From IMG/VR virus record IMGVR_UViG_3300037010_002190, positions 1 to 52,651 of that record: a stretch of DNA of 52,651 bases; one strand, 5' to 3'. The translations under genes and the position numbers were made by a program. Below the pieces are notes generated by a model. That model was not told where the DNA came from. It did not search any database and was given only the letters and a program-made list of their open reading frames with translations. This DNA comes from a virus. Its lineage: Duplodnaviria > Caudoviricetes. How positions within the stretch are numbered: position 1 is the first letter of the stretch; each line of letters opens with the position of its first letter. Shown piece by piece: positions 15,753-25,261 of this stretch.

Positions 15753-18700
15753 TCAGCCACATTTACTATTTGAACACGATAAACATCTACGACAACCTTC
15801 TTGAAAAATCAACTGACCACCACACTCTCCACACGTCTCACCTTCTATTTTTTCCCCATCTTTAATGTATGTTGAAAGGAATTTACGAATTTGAAACAAG
15901 AATGATCCAACAAAAACGTCATCAACTTTATCTAACACGGCCACAACATTTTTGATAAGAACTCCATGGCGAAGGTTTAAACTGATAGCCCGTGCAATTT
16001 TGGTTGGATTATTGTCTACCTCAATTTTCTTTTGTGTGTCTTCAATCCATTTTGTGGGAATACCCTTATCATAAGCAAGATTAATCAATCGTTCAACCGC
16101 ATCGTGTGTGGTGACAGACTTCTCATAATGATTTGTGTGTACAAAAAAAGCGATTGGACGAGTACCAGAATTATCAAGAATTGTTGTCAAGTACCATTTT
16201 TTCCCATCAGCTTTAATAGTAGAAATTGTAGCTGGAGCTTGGTTTGGAACTTTTACATCTTCGATAATAATTTCTTCTTCACTGACATGCTCTGTTGATT
16301 CTTCTTTTGCTGACAATACAGTTGACATCGTTCCACTGCGGTATGTAGTTAGTCCTTTAATGAAACCAGTATTGTATGCATTCAAATACAACTCTTTAAA
16401 CTGATCAAACGAATACTCATTTGGCAAATTAACAGTTTTTGATATTGCAGAATCTATGTATCGTGCAAAACCTACGAGATCTGTTACGTGTTGATCAGCT
16501 GAAAGTTGAGTTGTCGTTGATGCCCAGTCTGCAGTTGCATCCCATTCACCCCGTCTCTTGAGCCAACGAACACCATAATCTTCACACAGAACTTCTTTAA
16601 CAAGTCCACGGTTTTTATCGATCTTGTATGTAATTCCATTGTGTGTACCTTTTAACATCTCTTCATCACCTTCTTTGGTGAATTTAAACATGTCTGTTTC
16701 ATACCACTCACCTTCATACCATTTAGGGCACACATCACGTATCTCTTCTGGCATTGTGTTGACAATAACAGTTCGGACATATTCAGCCATAAATACAGGT
16801 TCAATGCCACCAGACACAATGTTAGACATTATGCTCGAATTACCTGTAGGTTGAATTGACATTAGAGAACTGTTCCGAATTCCAGTTTTGGTCATATCAT
16901 CGATCACAGATACAGGAAGACCCAAACTCTGAATGAATGGAGATTTAACGTGTAACTCCGGTACACAATACTTAAACATACCTTTCTCTTTCGCTAAATT
17001 GACAGAAGCTGTGTATGTTGCTTTTGAGAATATTTGCATTAAATCATTTTGTAATTTAAGAGCTCGTTCAGATGCAAATGGTATTTTTAGCATATACAAC
17101 GCACTTCCCCACCCCATTAACCCACAACCAATTCGACGTTTGTTTCTCATAGAATCGATGTATTCTGGCAACGGCGCTGATGAATATTCGTTAACATTAT
17201 CAAGAAAACGGACCATATATTCTGCATGTTTTTCTATTTGATCAAAATCAAATCCTGTATGATCTTTGTTAATAAACTGTGTTAAGTTCAACGACGACAA
17301 ACAACAGATGTTACCCGGAGCAAGTACTTGTTCACCGCAGTTTCCTGTATAACACCACTCTGTTGGAAATACATGTTGATTGTGATATACACTAATGTCC
17401 CACACTTTACTAGTACCACATGGAACGACAGAGCTTACTTCTAAGTAACTGTTCGATATGTGAGATCTGGTTTTATTGGAAACAAAATTGACAACATCTT
17501 CCAACTTAGAACTTTTACTTGGGTGTGAAATGTTAAACACATTAAAAAAGTTAATTATGGCACTTCCATTAATTGCAACATCCCATCTTTCATATTCACG
17601 ATCATGCGTTTTTCCATTAGGAAACGATACTTGAGAATTTGACAGCGTTCGAGACTGTAAACTAACGGGAACTCCAGCAAACCCTAATAGTTTTCCAAAA
17701 TTCTTTGCTAGGTTTGATCCTGATGTGGTTAGTGTAATTCGCTGGTTTTTGTCATCAAACAACACACACCCATCTGCACTTAGTAGTCCATCCACAAATC
17801 CCTGGATGTAGAGATCATTACTACACCACACACTTGATGGAATATCTTTTTCACCAGGAATCATCCCATACTTCGTAAGCAAGTTGTTTACAAATTCTTG
17901 ATCAGCCCACTGGATGTACAATTCACCTTCTCTTTCACAGATTGTTGATGGATTAGACTTTAAAGAATTTACAATGCTTAACACACGTTCAGCCATTTCA
18001 CGCTCGTGTATCCCAAACGTAATCCCAACATCATATTCGTTGTTTGTGGGATCGTCTTTGTATTTCTTATCAAACCAACCATCACCAACCATATAACCCA
18101 TTAAAAATCCTTCATCGTGGGTTAGCGACATATCACCATATATTCCTATATTTTCATTTCGGTTTAATGGGATAAGGTCTCCAGGTTTAAGATCAGACGC
18201 ATCTACTTTATACAATCGGTTCATTCGTTCATCATACACAGGCCACCGATGTTGTTTTGTTGATTTTACTGATTTGTTTACACCAAATGTAATTTCTAAT
18301 AGTTCCTCGTTTTCACCAGACATTCTACACTCAGCCTCTGCCCATACACCATCAAGAGATTTGACCTCAAACTTTAACCCCTCTAACTGTTCTATTGGAA
18401 CAATCTTGTTTTTTGTGTGAACTAGTGTTCCTGCAGGCATCGATGGATTAGTTGCCATTATATGTTCACCATATGATAACGGATTAAAGTTATTTGCCCG
18501 ATCTAAAAACAATACTCCAGGTTCCGCACGTTGGTATGTAGAATCCATAATTAAATTCCATAACCAAGTTGCGGATATAACAGCATGAACTATGATTGGA
18601 TGACCCAAACTTTTCCATCGTTGAATGTTTCCATCCCAATCAGTTTTATAATTAATGTGTGTGGTATCTGGAAAAACTAATTCCCATTGATTCAACTGAT

Positions 18701-19463
18701 CTTTTTCTTGCTGTAGATCACTTATTAGTTGTTTGTTTGATTCAGTTAACTCATCAGTTTGTAATAATATAGTTTCAATTTGGTTGATTCGCCCAATTCT
18801 GTACATAAAATCATCAGTACAATTGACAGAGATATTAAACTTTGTTAGACGACCGGCTTGTTGTTTTGCTGTAATAAATTCGACAATGTCTGGATGCCAC
18901 ACATCTAGAACAGACATCATAGCACCTTTTCGGATCTTGCCTTTGGCCTTTTTGTTTACTGAAGTTCTTCCAGATCCTGCAGTAATAATTTCAGATGATT
19001 TATCAAACAATTCCATGTATTTAACAGCGCCTGGTGTCTCAACCCCTACTCCAGCAATAAATGAACCTCTGGGGCGGATATATGAAAAGTTTTCTCCCCA
19101 TCCACCTTCTGATTTTAAAGTAAATGCTTGCCCTTGCAGATTTTTTAAAATTCCATCTAAAGAGTCAATATCAAACTGTGCTCTTGGGGCAACGAAACAG
19201 TTTGCAAGTGTTGTTCCCTTCCATTCTGTTCCAGCATTTGACATAATTCTGCCACCTGGAACAACTTTAAAATTGGATAGCATGTTATAAAATATATTTT
19301 CCCATTCATGTTTCAGTGTATCCGTGGTTTCTACGCTGGAAATAGCCTTTGCAACTCTACGTAATGTATCATCTATTGTTTTATCTTTGTGATCTTTATA
19401 TGTCGTTCTCCAAACTTCTTCGGAAAAAGAATCCTCAAATATTGTACTGGGTGTGTTAAGCAT
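15753..19463 (-). CDS. nrdJ: Ribonucleotide reductase, probably class II (B12-dependent), intein-containing
   Basis: PGGRI, NCFV, NP|CGEQ, CCLSSLNL, SIQPTG, SAISKTVN, KGLTTYR; C-terminal EGC..C..C..SKC; no small subunit nearby. Confidence 0.85.
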   Translation of the reverse strand: MLNTPSTIFEDSFSEEVWRTTYKDHKDKTIDDTLRRVAKAISSVETTDTLKHEWENIFYNMLSNFKVVPGGRIMSNAGTEWKGTTLANCFVAPRAQFDIDSLDGILKNLQGQAFTLKSEGGWGENFSYIRPRGSFIAGVGVETPGAVKYMELFDKSSEIITAGSGRTSVNKKAKGKIRKGAMMSVLDVWHPDIVEFITAKQQAGRLTKFNISVNCTDDFMYRIGRINQIETILLQTDELTESNKQLISDLQQEKDQLNQWELVFPDTTHINYKTDWDGNIQRWKSLGHPIIVHAVISATWLWNLIMDSTYQRAEPGVLFLDRANNFNPLSYGEHIMATNPSMPAGTLVHTKNKIVPIEQLEGLKFEVKSLDGVWAEAECRMSGENEELLEITFGVNKSVKSTKQHRWPVYDERMNRLYKVDASDLKPGDLIPLNRNENIGIYGDMSLTHDEGFLMGYMVGDGWFDKKYKDDPTNNEYDVGITFGIHEREMAERVLSIVNSLKSNPSTICEREGELYIQWADQEFVNNLLTKYGMIPGEKDIPSSVWCSNDLYIQGFVDGLLSADGCVLFDDKNQRITLTTSGSNLAKNFGKLLGFAGVPVSLQSRTLSNSQVSFPNGKTHDREYERWDVAINGSAIINFFNVFNISHPSKSSKLEDVVNFVSNKTRSHISNSYLEVSSVVPCGTSKVWDISVYHNQHVFPTEWCYTGNCGEQVLAPGNICCLSSLNLTQFINKDHTGFDFDQIEKHAEYMVRFLDNVNEYSSAPLPEYIDSMRNKRRIGCGLMGWGSALYMLKIPFASERALKLQNDLMQIFSKATYTASVNLAKEKGMFKYCVPELHVKSPFIQSLGLPVSVIDDMTKTGIRNSSLMSIQPTGNSSIMSNIVSGGIEPVFMAEYVRTVIVNTMPEEIRDVCPKWYEGEWYETDMFKFTKEGDEEMLKGTHNGITYKIDKNRGLVKEVLCEDYGVRWLKRRGEWDATADWASTTTQLSADQHVTDLVGFARYIDSAISKTVNLPNEYSFDQFKELYLNAYNTGFIKGLTTYRSGTMSTVLSAKEESTEHVSEEEIIIEDVKVPNQAPATISTIKADGKKWYLTTILDNSGTRPIAFFVHTNHYEKSVTTHDAVERLINLAYDKGIPTKWIEDTQKKIEVDNNPTKIARAISLNLRHGVLIKNVVAVLDKVDDVFVGSFLFQIRKFLSTYIKDGEKIEGETCGECGGQLIFQEGCRRCLSCSNSKCG
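17340..18443 (-). mobile_element. Intein (368 aa) with LAGLIDADG homing endonuclease in the RNR active site
   Basis: Splits ATNP|CGEQ; begins SMPAGTLV, block B TKQHRW, LAGLIDADG-like GYMVGDG and DGLLSADG, block F VWDISV, ends YTGN before Cys+1. Confidence 0.93.
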
Positions 19464-19480
19464 TAGTTATTCTCCTGTTG

Positions 19481-19900
19481 TTATAATTTTATTATCTGCT
19501 CTGTATATATTTCATGTTTTTTGAGATATTCCAAACCCTCATTGTTATTGGTTCTAGAGGTTTCACAATAATATACTTCACTAACTTTGTTCTTTACAAT
19601 CTGTTCTGCACATCGTATACAAGGCTGCTTCGTGATGAACATAGAGGCACCTGCTACTGATTGGTACCTTTGTTTAATTTTGTTCAATGCATTAGCTTCT
19701 GCATGGGATACATTTGGTTTTGTGTTTCCGTATTCATCTTCACAGCAATTGTTTTCTCCAGCTGGGGTACCATTGAAACCATATGAAAGGATAGAATCAT
19801 CCAACACAATAGTACAACCAACTTTTCGTTTATTGCAGTGAGATAGAGATGCATACACAAAGGCGGCTGCCATGTGTGCTTTTTTGTATCGTTCTTTCAT
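19481..19900 (-). CDS. cd: dCMP deaminase
   Basis: S.C..RKVG, GFNGTPAG..NCC, HAEANA, PCIRC motifs. Confidence 0.92.
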   Translation of the reverse strand: MKERYKKAHMAAAFVYASLSHCNKRKVGCTIVLDDSILSYGFNGTPAGENNCCEDEYGNTKPNVSHAEANALNKIKQRYQSVAGASMFITKQPCIRCAEQIVKNKVSEVYYCETSRTNNNEGLEYLKKHEIYTEQIIKL

Positions 19901-19923
19901 GTTATATTTTTATTGGTAGGTGC

Positions 19924-19931
19924 TATTTATT
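19924..19931 (-). promoter_or_regulatory. Late-type promoter variant AATAAATA for the cd-nrdJ unit
   Basis: ATAAATA core 24 nt upstream of the dCMP deaminase start. Confidence 0.45.
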
Positions 19932-20035
19932 ATCTATTTTTTGTTTTTTGTAAGTTGTTGTTTTTTGTGTTTTAGTTATAAAACTGAGATACTATTATCT
20001 CAAATATGACAAAATTTAACAACAGAAAAAAGTTG

Positions 20036-20064
20036 TTGACATAAAAGCAGAACATGAGGAGAAT
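20036..20064 (+). promoter_or_regulatory. Sigma70-type promoter
   Basis: TTGACA (20036-20041), 17 nt, GAGAAT (20059-20064), with A-rich upstream tract. Confidence 0.6.
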
Positions 20065-20139
20065 AGACTCATGGTTAAGTAACCATACCAAGCCCCTCTA
20101 ACGATAGAGGATTTTAAAAACCTTTAAAAAGGGTTAAAA

Positions 20140-20418
20140 ATGTCTGAAAATATTACACATGGTGTATCCAAGACGATTGATTATCTCAATCGTGCATTCC
20201 AAGAGGTCACGCGTGGTCTTCCACTTGCCCAACGTATTTTGTGGGAAAATCCAACGGACCGTGAAGTAGAAGGTCTACAACATTACAAGTGGCAAAAGGA
20301 CTTTGCTTATATGATGGATGACATCCAGCGTGGTGCTCCATATATTGTACCAAAGATGGTTGCGGATTGTAACAAGTTGATTGAAAGTATTAAGGTAGTA
20401 CGTCAAGCAGTTAAGTAA
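20140..20418 (+). CDS. Hypothetical protein, stand-alone early-type transcription unit
   Basis: 92-aa ORF bracketed by its own promoter and a terminator-like hairpin. Confidence 0.75.
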   Translation: MSENITHGVSKTIDYLNRAFQEVTRGLPLAQRILWENPTDREVEGLQHYKWQKDFAYMMDDIQRGAPYIVPKMVADCNKLIESIKVVRQAVK

Positions 20419-20425
20419 CACAAAA

Positions 20426-20452
20426 GGGTCAGAGCAATCTGGCCCGTTTCTT
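20426..20452 (+). terminator. Terminator-like hairpin
   Basis: GGGTCAGA-GCAA-TCTGGCCC then GTTTCTT; preceded by AAAA. Confidence 0.65.
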
Positions 20453-20454
20453 AT

Positions 20455-20462
20455 GATAAATA
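20455..20462 (+). promoter_or_regulatory. Late-type promoter GATAAATA
   Basis: ATAAATA core 23 nt upstream of the 20485 start. Confidence 0.55.
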
Positions 20463-20484
20463 GAAGCAAATTATTGATTATAAG

Positions 20485-21096
20485 ATGAAAATTCAAGAAA
20501 TATTCAAAACAAATGACCAGACGTTGTTAAGTTATAACCAAAAAAGGTTATTACAGTCTTCGTGTAATCATTTTATTAATAGTACCAACACACCTCTCCT
20601 TAAAAACATATTGGGAAAAGATGAAACTTTTATAAAAAGCAAGGTTAGGTTTCACAAAAGACATAACGATTTGATTTCTGCTTTTAATGAAGCTCTCTCA
20701 GAGAAGTACCAAATATCAAACATTCACCAACGTGCAATATTTGCAAATGGTCCAGCATCATTTGTTCCCAACGAAGAAAGTTGCACATATTACATTTTTC
20801 CAATAAACGGTTACAAATTTTTATACAATAAACAAGTACAAAATTGTAATCAACAGTTTAAAAATACCTTTGAAGTTTTGTTACGTGAATTCAACGAAGA
20901 CAATCAACAAGCTACTGAAATAATCAAAGAAATTTTATCATCAACATATGTTTCGGAAAACCTAGAACAAGGCATCGTTGAAGGTAGTGAAATATTAATA
21001 TATAATATTCCGTATTATTACGCAATCAGTGCTTCGGACTTTCCATCTTATCAAGCGTTGTTGAATGTTCTCCAGGATAAAAAATGTCAGACGTGA
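20485..21096 (+). CDS. Hypothetical protein (possible virion internal protein)
   Basis: 203-aa ORF starting MKIQEIF after a late promoter. Confidence 0.7.
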   Translation: MKIQEIFKTNDQTLLSYNQKRLLQSSCNHFINSTNTPLLKNILGKDETFIKSKVRFHKRHNDLISAFNEALSEKYQISNIHQRAIFANGPASFVPNEESCTYYIFPINGYKFLYNKQVQNCNQQFKNTFEVLLREFNEDNQQATEIIKEILSSTYVSENLEQGIVEGSEILIYNIPYYYAISASDFPSYQALLNVLQDKKCQT

Positions 21097-21299
21097 ATGA
21101 TAGTAACGAATCTTTTGTATATCACTGTTTCGGTTTAGGGGAAACCATTCATGCAATTATTAGAAAATATAATGATCACGGAATGGGGACTGTAAAGTTA
21201 CAACAATTAGTACAGAAATATAACACACTCAACGACAATAACGTTCCACATCTTGGAGATAGAGTTAAGATTCCAATTTCAGGGGAAACCAGTGATTGA
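21084..21299 (+). CDS. Small LysM-like domain protein
   Basis: YH....GETIHAIIRKY...N.LN...PHLGDRVKIP. Confidence 0.6.
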   Translation: MSDVNDSNESFVYHCFGLGETIHAIIRKYNDHGMGTVKLQQLVQKYNTLNDNNVPHLGDRVKIPISGETSD

Positions 21300-21608
21300 T
21301 TTATACTATTTGTACAACAAAGTCCAGTTAATAACTCTGGGTCACCCAAAAGTTGTAGAATGGACCGTCAACATATGTTTATTGATAGCCACCGTGTCCA
21401 TGCTCAGTCCACAAATTGCAGCACAGGCAGCCTTCCCCTGGATATTGTTTGTCATAGGGAATATTGTTTGAACCATTGATGTCTTTTCACATAAACGATA
21501 CTCTTGGGTGTTGCTGGGAAGTTTTTTGCTGTGTATGATGTACTAATTTTATTTGTAAGAATTATACAAGATGATACCTTATATTGGGTTCGTCCTTTTG
21601 TAAATTAA
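21292..21608 (+). pseudogene. Disrupted multi-pass membrane protein
   Basis: Hydrophobic frame has TGA at 21469-21471 (GNIV*TID, probable TGG to TGA) and needs one extra T in the T-run near 21522 to continue ..FAVYDVLILFVRII..N* (21608). Confidence 0.5.
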
Positions 21609-21641
21609 TTAAACCATTATTTGATATAGGAGAAGAATGAT

Positions 21642-21923
21642 ATGGATACTATTGGACTTAAATTAGTTAGTGGAGAAGAAATAATCGCTCGGTTGATAAG
21701 TACTGACTCACATAAATATGTTGTTGAAAGACCACGGTCGTTAGTTCCTCGGCAAATCGGGAATCAATTTACGATTGGTTTGATTCCATGGATCATCAGT
21801 GCTGAAGAAACAGCATCTTTTGAGATTGACAAAGATAAAGTTGTCGCAACTTTTGTACCAATGGGTGATGTGGAAAAAGAATTCCTGCAACAAACTTCTG
21901 GAATTCAACTTGTAACGGGATAA
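21642..21923 (+). CDS. Sm/LSm-like fold protein of T4-like phages
   Basis: LKLVSGEEIIA..P....L.PW...F.I.KDKVV..Q.TSGI pattern; AGGAG RBS. Confidence 0.6.
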   Translation: MDTIGLKLVSGEEIIARLISTDSHKYVVERPRSLVPRQIGNQFTIGLIPWIISAEETASFEIDKDKVVATFVPMGDVEKEFLQQTSGIQLVTG

Positions 21924-21926
21924 CAG

Positions 21927-23186
21927 ATGGCTATTGTAGTATATAATTGTGACACATGTAAAAGAGAAATACAACTTGTCCAGAATGTAAGTGGATTGGA
22001 AGTAATGTCTCGTTGCATCATCACGGATGGTTGTAAGGGGAATCTCATTTCTCAGAAGGTCCTAACCTCTTACTCAAGTGGAGAAGTTCCAGCCCCTTCT
22101 TTGAAGGGGCTACAGGATTGGGTACAACGAAAAATATACTACAAATTTAATCAGCAAATTCCACTCAGATTGTGGAAGATAAAACACAATCTGGGGACAA
22201 ATCCTGTACTTCAAATATATAAACCGGATGGGCGGACAGTATATACTGATTTGGATATCGTATCAACTAAGTTCGTAGATCCATTCAGTGTTGAAATTCT
22301 ATTCAGAGATCCATGTGCTGGAATTATTGAATGTTTTGCATTATCACCGGCCTCAACACAAAGCATTGAGACTAAAGTTGTGCAGTTACAAAATCAAACC
22401 ACAACTTTGAATGATGTTACAGGTGGCAATATTTTAACATTGGCTGTTCCTCCAGCTATTTCAACCAAAGATATCAAAATTTGGTTCATTTCACCAAACA
22501 CAAACCAGATTAGTCTTTCAAGTAACCTTTTGTTTACAACAAAGACCTCATCTACATCTCCATGGTTTTCACAGCTACAATCAGGTTTAAATAACGACCA
22601 AGTGTTTTTCTTTGGGAAGACATGGAATGTGGTAACTGCCAGAGTAGATGATATAATTTTGGCAGCAGGATCACCTGTAGCAGACTACTCCCCATTCTTC
22701 TTTTCGAGTAAAAAATCTTTTTCTATAATTGGAATTGATATTAATTTGAAGACAATTACAGTAAATGGATTATTCGATGACACCATATTACCAACTCGAA
22801 TAATTAATACGAAGAATTTAGTAACGGAAACTACACAAACGTTTACCATTGTTAAGGTGACGACACAAACATCTTCATCGTCAATTACCTCTACAATAAC
22901 TGTTAAAGAGTCTCAGTTAATTATAGATCCATCCAATAGCGTAGTTGAAGCAGATTATCCAATAACATCTCCTGAAGTTGCCATTTTGTTAACTAAATCA
23001 CCATACACGTCGACCGATCGTGATCTTAACAATATTATTAATTTAAAGAACTTATCATATAGCAACATAACACAGTCTCTTAATCAAGGTGATATTGTAA
23101 CCCAACAGAGAGGTGGTCAGCTTCACATTGAATCTTCCTTGATACAATTCGTATATCCCCCTATTGTTGTGAGCTCTAATCAATAA
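21927..23186 (+). CDS. Putative virion structural protein
   Basis: N-terminal CDTC..C....C.G, WKIKHNLGTNP motif, Ser/Thr-rich beta-type composition. Confidence 0.55.
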   Translation: MAIVVYNCDTCKREIQLVQNVSGLEVMSRCIITDGCKGNLISQKVLTSYSSGEVPAPSLKGLQDWVQRKIYYKFNQQIPLRLWKIKHNLGTNPVLQIYKPDGRTVYTDLDIVSTKFVDPFSVEILFRDPCAGIIECFALSPASTQSIETKVVQLQNQTTTLNDVTGGNILTLAVPPAISTKDIKIWFISPNTNQISLSSNLLFTTKTSSTSPWFSQLQSGLNNDQVFFFGKTWNVVTARVDDIILAAGSPVADYSPFFFSSKKSFSIIGIDINLKTITVNGLFDDTILPTRIINTKNLVTETTQTFTIVKVTTQTSSSSITSTITVKESQLIIDPSNSVVEADYPITSPEVAILLTKSPYTSTDRDLNNIINLKNLSYSNITQSLNQGDIVTQQRGGQLHIESSLIQFVYPPIVVSSNQ

Positions 23187-23223
23187 TTTTGTTGTATAAT
23201 AACAAAAATTAATAGGAATTTAT

Positions 23224-24558
23224 ATGGAATTGGAAAATCCACAAAAACAAAAATTATTGATTGAGTATTTAATCTCATCGGTTGATGTGTTTAGTCTATG
23301 TCAACCAATACTACAGGTAAAATACTTTGATATAACACTGGAAAAAACAGTTAAGTTTTTATTAGATTATTATAATCAATACAGAGCAATTCCGTCGATC
23401 AGTCAAATTAAAGCAGAGACTGGGTTACAACTAACAACACACGAACTAACTCGAGATCAGACAGAGTACTGTATCAAAGAGACAGAACTGTTTTGTCGAA
23501 GATCAGCAATCAAAAAATCGATTCTTGATTCTGTAACTCTATACGAAGATGAAGACTATGGGCAGATTGAATCTAATCTAAAAAATGCGATTGCTACATC
23601 CGTTCACAAACGAGCTGGTGTTGGCTTGTTTGAAGACATAGATGAAATTTTGTTAAAATTAGAACAACAACCTGCTTTGCCATCTGGTTATACTGAATTT
23701 GATGAGGTGTTAGGAGGTGGTTTACGTAGGAAAGAACTGTTACTACTATCAGCAAACTCTGGTGGTGGTAAGTCAATTGTTATGGCTAATTTTGCATTAA
23801 ATTATTTGCTATCTGATCTACACATCCTATATCTGAGCTTTGAACTTCCTGTTGAAATGATCTCAAAGAGGTACCTTAGTATGGTAACAGGGATTGGGCA
23901 AAGAGATATAATAGACAGGTCTTCAGAGATCAGTACTATAATGAAACAAGCACAGACAAAGACTGCAAATGACTTGATAATAGAACGATTGCCTGCAGGG
24001 ACAACTCCTAACCAAGTTAGAGCTTTTCTGAAAGAGTTTGAGTTGAGAAGAAAGTATGTTCCTGACCTTATAGTGTTTGATTACATCGATCTAATGAGTC
24101 CAAATGAAAAGGTTTCAGCAGATAATGTATTTGAAAAGGACAAAAGAGTAACTGAACAAGTGTGTGAAATTCTTGTTGATTATGATATGATTGGAATTAC
24201 AGCATCTCAACAGAATAGATCTGCAGTTACTACGAACGAATTAAACCACAGCCATATTGCTGGTGGAATAAGTAAGATTAATACAACGGATATATACGTT
24301 TCTATCGTATTTAATGATATGATGCGAGCTGCTGGTGAAATACATTTTGAATTTCTAAAAACTAGATCTAGTGATGGTGTTGGAAAGCGGGTAGAGTTAG
24401 CTTGGAATTCAAAGACTTTGCGGGTTGAAAATCCTAAGAATACTTCAGGACCCTTGACATTTTCAGGCAAAAAAACGTATAATAATTCTGCAGTAAATAA
24501 ACAGTCTTCACCAGAAGAAAAACATATTACTAATTTACGAAACTTAATTGACATTTAA
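23224..24558 (+). CDS. gp41: Replicative DnaB-like helicase (T4 gp41-like)
   Basis: Walker A ANSGGGKS, YLSFEL, Walker B VFDYIDL, TASQQNR, KTR. Confidence 0.92.
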   Translation: MELENPQKQKLLIEYLISSVDVFSLCQPILQVKYFDITLEKTVKFLLDYYNQYRAIPSISQIKAETGLQLTTHELTRDQTEYCIKETELFCRRSAIKKSILDSVTLYEDEDYGQIESNLKNAIATSVHKRAGVGLFEDIDEILLKLEQQPALPSGYTEFDEVLGGGLRRKELLLLSANSGGGKSIVMANFALNYLLSDLHILYLSFELPVEMISKRYLSMVTGIGQRDIIDRSSEISTIMKQAQTKTANDLIIERLPAGTTPNQVRAFLKEFELRRKYVPDLIVFDYIDLMSPNEKVSADNVFEKDKRVTEQVCEILVDYDMIGITASQQNRSAVTTNELNHSHIAGGISKINTTDIYVSIVFNDMMRAAGEIHFEFLKTRSSDGVGKRVELAWNSKTLRVENPKNTSGPLTFSGKKTYNNSAVNKQSSPEEKHITNLRNLIDI

Positions 24559-24570
24559 AAGGAGAAAACT

Positions 24571-24834
24571 ATGGCAATTGAAACATTGAACATCGATGGA
24601 AAAGAATTAAAGGTAGCAGATCTTACACCAGAAATTCAACGACTTGTGGCAGTATATGATATCACAAGCACAAAGCGTGTAGAAGTTGAAAATGATCACA
24701 TCCAGCTTTCTGCTGCAATTCGTCAACTATCTTCTGACATTTCAACAGCGGTTCAGAAGTACTTCGAATCACAAACTGCTGAGAGTGAAGCACCTGCAGA
24801 CACTTCAGCTGAATCTGCTGAAACAGTTGAATAA
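24571..24834 (+). CDS. Hypothetical protein (helical, acidic tail)
   Basis: AAGGAG RBS; 87 aa. Confidence 0.75.
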   Translation: MAIETLNIDGKELKVADLTPEIQRLVAVYDITSTKRVEVENDHIQLSAAIRQLSSDISTAVQKYFESQTAESEAPADTSAESAETVE

Positions 24835-24845
24835 TCGGAACAAAT

Positions 24846-25163
24846 ATGATTCGCGCATACCATCCAATTGATATCAAGTATGAAAAAGATTCCGGGGAAG
24901 TGTCTACGCGGACAATTATACCAACAACAAATGTTCCGCACAATGTAAAGGCAGTTGATATTTCCAGTTTATCAGAAGATGAACAACTCCATATGATTGC
25001 TTTATTTGAAGCGTATGATGAATACACTTCAAATCATATGAAAAAAATGTTTGATTTTCAGAACTGGGTAGAACACACAACAGGAGAGGGTGTGGGTAGT
25101 AACAATAGTGGAAGTCCTTTATCATGGAGAACTTTCAAATTGAGTAATACTACGATCTTGTAG
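24846..25163 (+). CDS. WYL-like (SH3/Sm-type barrel) protein
   Basis: IKYEKDSGEVSTRTIIP...WRTFK pattern. Confidence 0.55.
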   Translation: MIRAYHPIDIKYEKDSGEVSTRTIIPTTNVPHNVKAVDISSLSEDEQLHMIALFEAYDEYTSNHMKKMFDFQNWVEHTTGEGVGSNNSGSPLSWRTFKLSNTTIL

Positions 25164-25190
25164 TTCTAAATAGCCATATTAAGACATATA

Positions 25191-25221
25191 GGGAAGGTTT
25201 TTAAAACCTTCCCTTTCTTTT
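25191..25221 (+). terminator. Rho-independent terminator
   Basis: GGGAAGGTTT..AAACCTTCCC inverted repeat followed by a T-rich tract. Confidence 0.7.
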
Positions 25222-25229
25222 TATAAATA
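25222..25229 (+). promoter_or_regulatory. T4-late-type promoter TATAAATA
   Basis: Perfect motif upstream of 25262. Confidence 0.7.
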
Positions 25230-25261
25230 CATAAAAACTATTAGTAAAAGGCGAATGGTAC

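Noticed and set aside
19951-19963. IHF-like site (AAACAACAACTTA on minus strand)
   Set aside because: One mismatch to WATCAANNNNTTR in very AT-rich DNA; not distinguishable from chance
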